A stretch of 53,060 nt of DNA, the filler included, from Catajapyx aquilonaris (taxonomy: Eukaryota), in the NCBI GenBank assembly GCA_000934665.2. It is 2 parts of 2 records of this genome, joined end to end, with 100 filler letters (N's around TTAATTAATTAA, not from the genome) between each part and the next. Parts side by side here need not be neighbours in the genome. Positions count along the whole stretch, not along the records: positions 1 to 26,256 come from KZ539310.1; positions 26,357 to 53,060 come from KZ539311.1. One strand, written 5' to 3'. Numbering within the stretch: the first letter of the stretch is position 1; each line of letters starts with the position of its first letter. A program made the position numbers and the translations under genes. Below the pieces are notes generated by a model that made no database searches, was not told the DNA's origin, and saw nothing but the letters and a program-made list of their open reading frames with translations. This document shows, piece by piece, positions 24,531 to 53,060 of the stretch.

Positions 24531-24940
24531 TGAGAGGGGTTCAGAAAGTAATGAGTTTTTCTATGAAATACAACAGGAAGACGAACTGAAATGTATCAAT
24601 CTTCAACACAGTCCACTTTCACTTTGATACACCTTGTCCAGGGTTTCTCCCATTTTTCTATCCTGTCTAGAATATTTTGCGTATGGAACTCCCCAACACC
24701 TCCTCCGTAACAGCAAGCACCTCAGAATCAGATCCATGGACCCTTCCACAAAGTTGTCTTTTTCCATATTGGAGAATAAAAAGAGGTCTGAAGGGGCCAG
24801 TGTGGCAAGGGGGGCGGATTAGGCAGAGGGGATGATGCAATAGCCTGTGATCAGGCTCTGAATGCTCTGGATGTTGACCAATTTTAATGCCTAATGTCAA
24901 ACGCCTCATGAAAAGCTCATTACTTTCCGAACTCCCCTCG
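24531..24940 (-). mobile_element. Internally deleted mariner element (~410 bp) retaining the transposase C-terminus
   Basis: TIRs TA-tgagaggggttcagaaagtaatgag / ctcattactttccgaactcccctcg; minus-strand LLHHP...LAPSDLFLFSNM...SDSEVLAVTEE...IEKWEKPWTRCIKVKVDCVED*. Confidence 0.8.
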
Positions 24941-26356
24941 CATTAGTAGCCTATTATTATACCTAGCTCAGCATGTTCCTCATTTAGTGTAGCATTGCTG
25001 TCGCAGGAAGTTGCTTCAGGTAATGGCGACAATGGCACAAAACTCTTCATGCCTGTTCCGAACATACAAAGACTTGTAAATTTTGTCTGCATGAGTACAA
25101 TCACAGCATTATAGATTGTCCTCTGTGGTTTCCTAATCCTAGCTGAGTTAGGCGATTAGCCCTGGTACCGCAAGGGGCGCTGCCAGTGTCAACACAGGTA
25201 GTGGCCATTGACACAGTATAAACATACGGTTCATCATGTGACCTGGGAGAATTACCAGGTGGAGGAATGGGTGGAGGTAAATCGGGGAGGTGGGGGAGGG
25301 GGAGGGGCAGATGAGGTTGTGCGAATTCCTCCATGACCCAGTTGACCTGCTATTTTGAGCGGGGATGGAGGGTGGACTATAATTGGGGTGGGGGGGGGGG
25401 GGGTATGTAGGGGGAGAGTTGATTGTGTGAATGCAAGGTATAGCTGGCTTAGCTTATCAAGACCTTGAACTTATCTGAACAAGTGCAAGGTCATAGTCTG
25501 CCCCCCTTTTTAATTCGACCCATGTGTCGTGCTGTAATAAAATTTTAAGAAGCTCACGTGGCCTTATTGGGAGGCCATTTCCGGAGAATATATTCCAGAT
25601 CGCTTGATTATATGTCGCCTTTATTTGCTTATATGTGTTTCGCATTATTGCGGAATTGATGCACATGTCAGAATGACGATGCCAGTTGATGCCAGTGCCA
25701 TGCAAGAATAAAGGTCTCGGCATGGGCACCAAATGCGGCACACTGTTGACGCGTAGTTTACACTGACTAGGACATTGTGCACTGCTGTAGTCAGAAGGGG
25801 GTGGTAGGGTAGGAAATGACGTCACTCGTTGCTTACCCCAGCTACTAATTATAAACACCCATCAACAATCACTACAGGTTAATATAACCCTCATCGTTTA
25901 TTATTGCAATGGATCACTTCCAACTGGTTGCTGGGATAAACAATGCAGCAAAACTCATCTACTTCCCCTGCCTCTTAATCGTTGTCAACGTGGGACTTGG
26001 CCAATGCACCCCTCTTCCCCAATCGCATTGACGTAGACCACTGCAACAATGCATGAGGAGGCATTTCATGTAGCTTGTGGGGATTATAATGTGCTTCATA
26101 TACTACTCTATGAGAGACATACAGCAATTACAAGTTGCTGGCGAAACTGGAAAATAGCTGCATTAAAAAATATTGGCTAGCTGCACTTATGTAGGCAACT
26201 ATAAATATTGTTTCATGCTGATAAAGGCATATTGAGATGGGGGGAGCTTCCTCTCTNNNNNNNNNNNNNNNNNNNNNNNNNNNNNNNNNNNNNNNNNNNN
26301 TTAATTAATTAANNNNNNNNNNNNNNNNNNNNNNNNNNNNNNNNNNNNNNNNNNNN

Positions 26357-51415
<25,059 letters not shown>

Positions 51416-52301
51416 CTGCAAGAACAAACCTTCCATTAGTACAAGTGCAAAAGTCGTACTACACAATCATCATGACAACCTTATGCACCTACAGCAAGAT
51501 CGAATGTTGGAACAATAATTTTTAACACGTCAGCAAGTTTTGCTTCGTGTAACTAATTATGCATAGGCCAGAATAAGTAACCTGATACAACACAGTCACG
51601 TCCGGGGCCAATGCGATAAGGAAATTAGAAACTGCATTCATATGAGCTAACGTCTAACAGTGCAGTTTTGTAGAAGTATTCTGCTTTTAAAATGTGCAGT
51701 TAGTTTTGCATTGAAGTGAAGTGAAATATCATCTCCATCTTTTTGAGCAAATAGAGAATACCAGAACTTCTGCTACTGCAGGACAATTTTCCAGTCCTAG
51801 ATAGAATTTTTCATATGTACAGTTGTCTCTGGATGTAACAGCCTTGGCAATAACAGATCCACGGTTATAACAGAGATCAGTCCCGTCGTACTTCCATACA
51901 TAGCATTTTCTAAAGCAGTTTTAAAGCAGACCCTGGGAGGGTCAGTTGGTACATCAGACAACAAATGGAAATATTATGTCAGCCTGCTTTGAGAGGGGAA
52001 GCCCCCCTACTCCATCACAAAGGATCCAGGCAACTTCATTCAGTCTTTCGCTTTGCTCAATATTTCGCTGGTCGCAGATCTTCTTGGCAATCAGAGGATC
52101 ACTTTACGTAGTTGTATCAGTTTGTCTGAGACGCCTCGTTACTCATGGTCAAATAATAACATTCTAACTGAACGTATAAAATATCCTGGTATATATGCTT
52201 CCCTTCTTGCAGCCTTGCCCTTTTAATTTAAAATCAGGGTTGTGAACCGAACCCTTGCTCCGTGAACCCGATAACAGCGGAGGCACTCTGGAGCGAGCGT
52301 C

Positions 52302-52908
52302 GGAGCTTGGTTTGAGCCAACGGCTCCGGAGCTGAATCCGGTTCTGGAGGGAGGTTCGGAGTTGTTCAGAGCTTGGTTAGGTCCAACATACCAACGCAAC
52401 GAGGGGAAAGGCAGAAAAACTGCTGGATTTACTCCAGCGTATGCGTCATGTTTTCATGGTGGCAGAATGACATTTCGAAGCACCCACGATACAGGGCGTA
52501 CTGAAAATGTCACATTTTTATGTTCTACGCATTTTTGTGTTACAATATGTCATACACATTTTTTGGATGTCACATTTTCATGTCATATGCATAAGTATCT
52601 ATATATTTTTTTGGATGTCACATTTAATGTCATACGCATTTGTTGTATGTTACAATATGATATTGTAACATACAAAAATGCGTTTGACATAAAAATGTGG
52701 CATTTGCGGTACACCCTGTATCGCGGTTGCTTGGAATTGTCATTCTGCCACCATGAAAACATGATGCATGCGCTGGAGTAAATCCAGCGGTTTTTCTGCC
52801 TTTCCCCTCGTTGCGTTGGTATGTTGGACCTAACCAAGCTCTGAACCGCTCCGAACCTCCCTCCGGAACTGGATTCAGCTCCGGAGCCGCTAGCCCGAAC
52901 CAAGCTCC
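52302..52908. repeat. ~600-bp inverted repeat containing an inner TA-CAGGG MITE-like unit (52492-52718)
   Basis: Arms ~52302-52554 and ~52657-52908 are reverse complements; ORFs 52362+ and 52630- share FRAWLGPTYQRNEGKGRKTAGFTPA. Confidence 0.85.
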
Positions 52909-53060
52909 CAACCAAACTCCGGACCCGCTCCGACCTTGGCTCCACTCTCCACCTGAACCGGCCCCACAAACTTGAAACACCCTGCATATAATATAGACTA
53001 GCAGGATCCCCGTTCTTCGCACGTGACGTTCGTAAAACCTACACCTGTTGCTATAAGGGA

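Noticed and set aside
26301..26312. TTAATTAATTAA island between Ns
   Set aside because: Looks like an assembly or scaffolding spacer with stops in all frames; not the gene's real stop
51700..52150. First RING exon (N-terminal CxxC)
   Set aside because: Short open stretches only; I could not find a start, CxxC and phase-1 donor together
52362..53022. Pair of similar ORFs on opposite strands
   Set aside because: A by-product of the inverted repeat; no domain features

Overview
Eukaryotic, intron-containing and transposon-littered DNA from an arthropod-like genome (TTAGG tracts, a chitin-binding cuticle-type gene, tRNA-derived SINEs), with several assembly gaps. The right half holds a multi-exon minus-strand gene with RING, B-box, B-box, coiled-coil and at least 3 extended Tudor domains, the Qin/Kumo/RNF17 piRNA-pathway architecture. 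I traced 16 phase-compatible GT-AG exons (plus one tentative micro-exon) from 51415 down to the gap at 26356. A plus-strand chitin-binding type-2 (CPAP1-like) gene is nested antisense in the ~16 kb gap between its B-box 2 and coiled-coil exons. The left half has no convincing host gene. It contains a near-intact, two-intron Merlin/IS1595-family transposon (22355-24325) whose ORF is broken only by a 6-bp TAGGCC insertion, apparently nested in a decayed Sola1-like element. The window also carries mariner remnants, several TA-flanked foldback MITEs (one nested), two SINE families (one inserted in the other with a clean TSD), a cluster of TIR elements carrying TTAGG repeats, many putative excision footprints and a CTD-like YTPTFSG heptad repeat. 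I found no CRISPR array, rRNA or bona fide tRNA, and no clear novel multi-gene system; family assignments come from motif recognition by eye.
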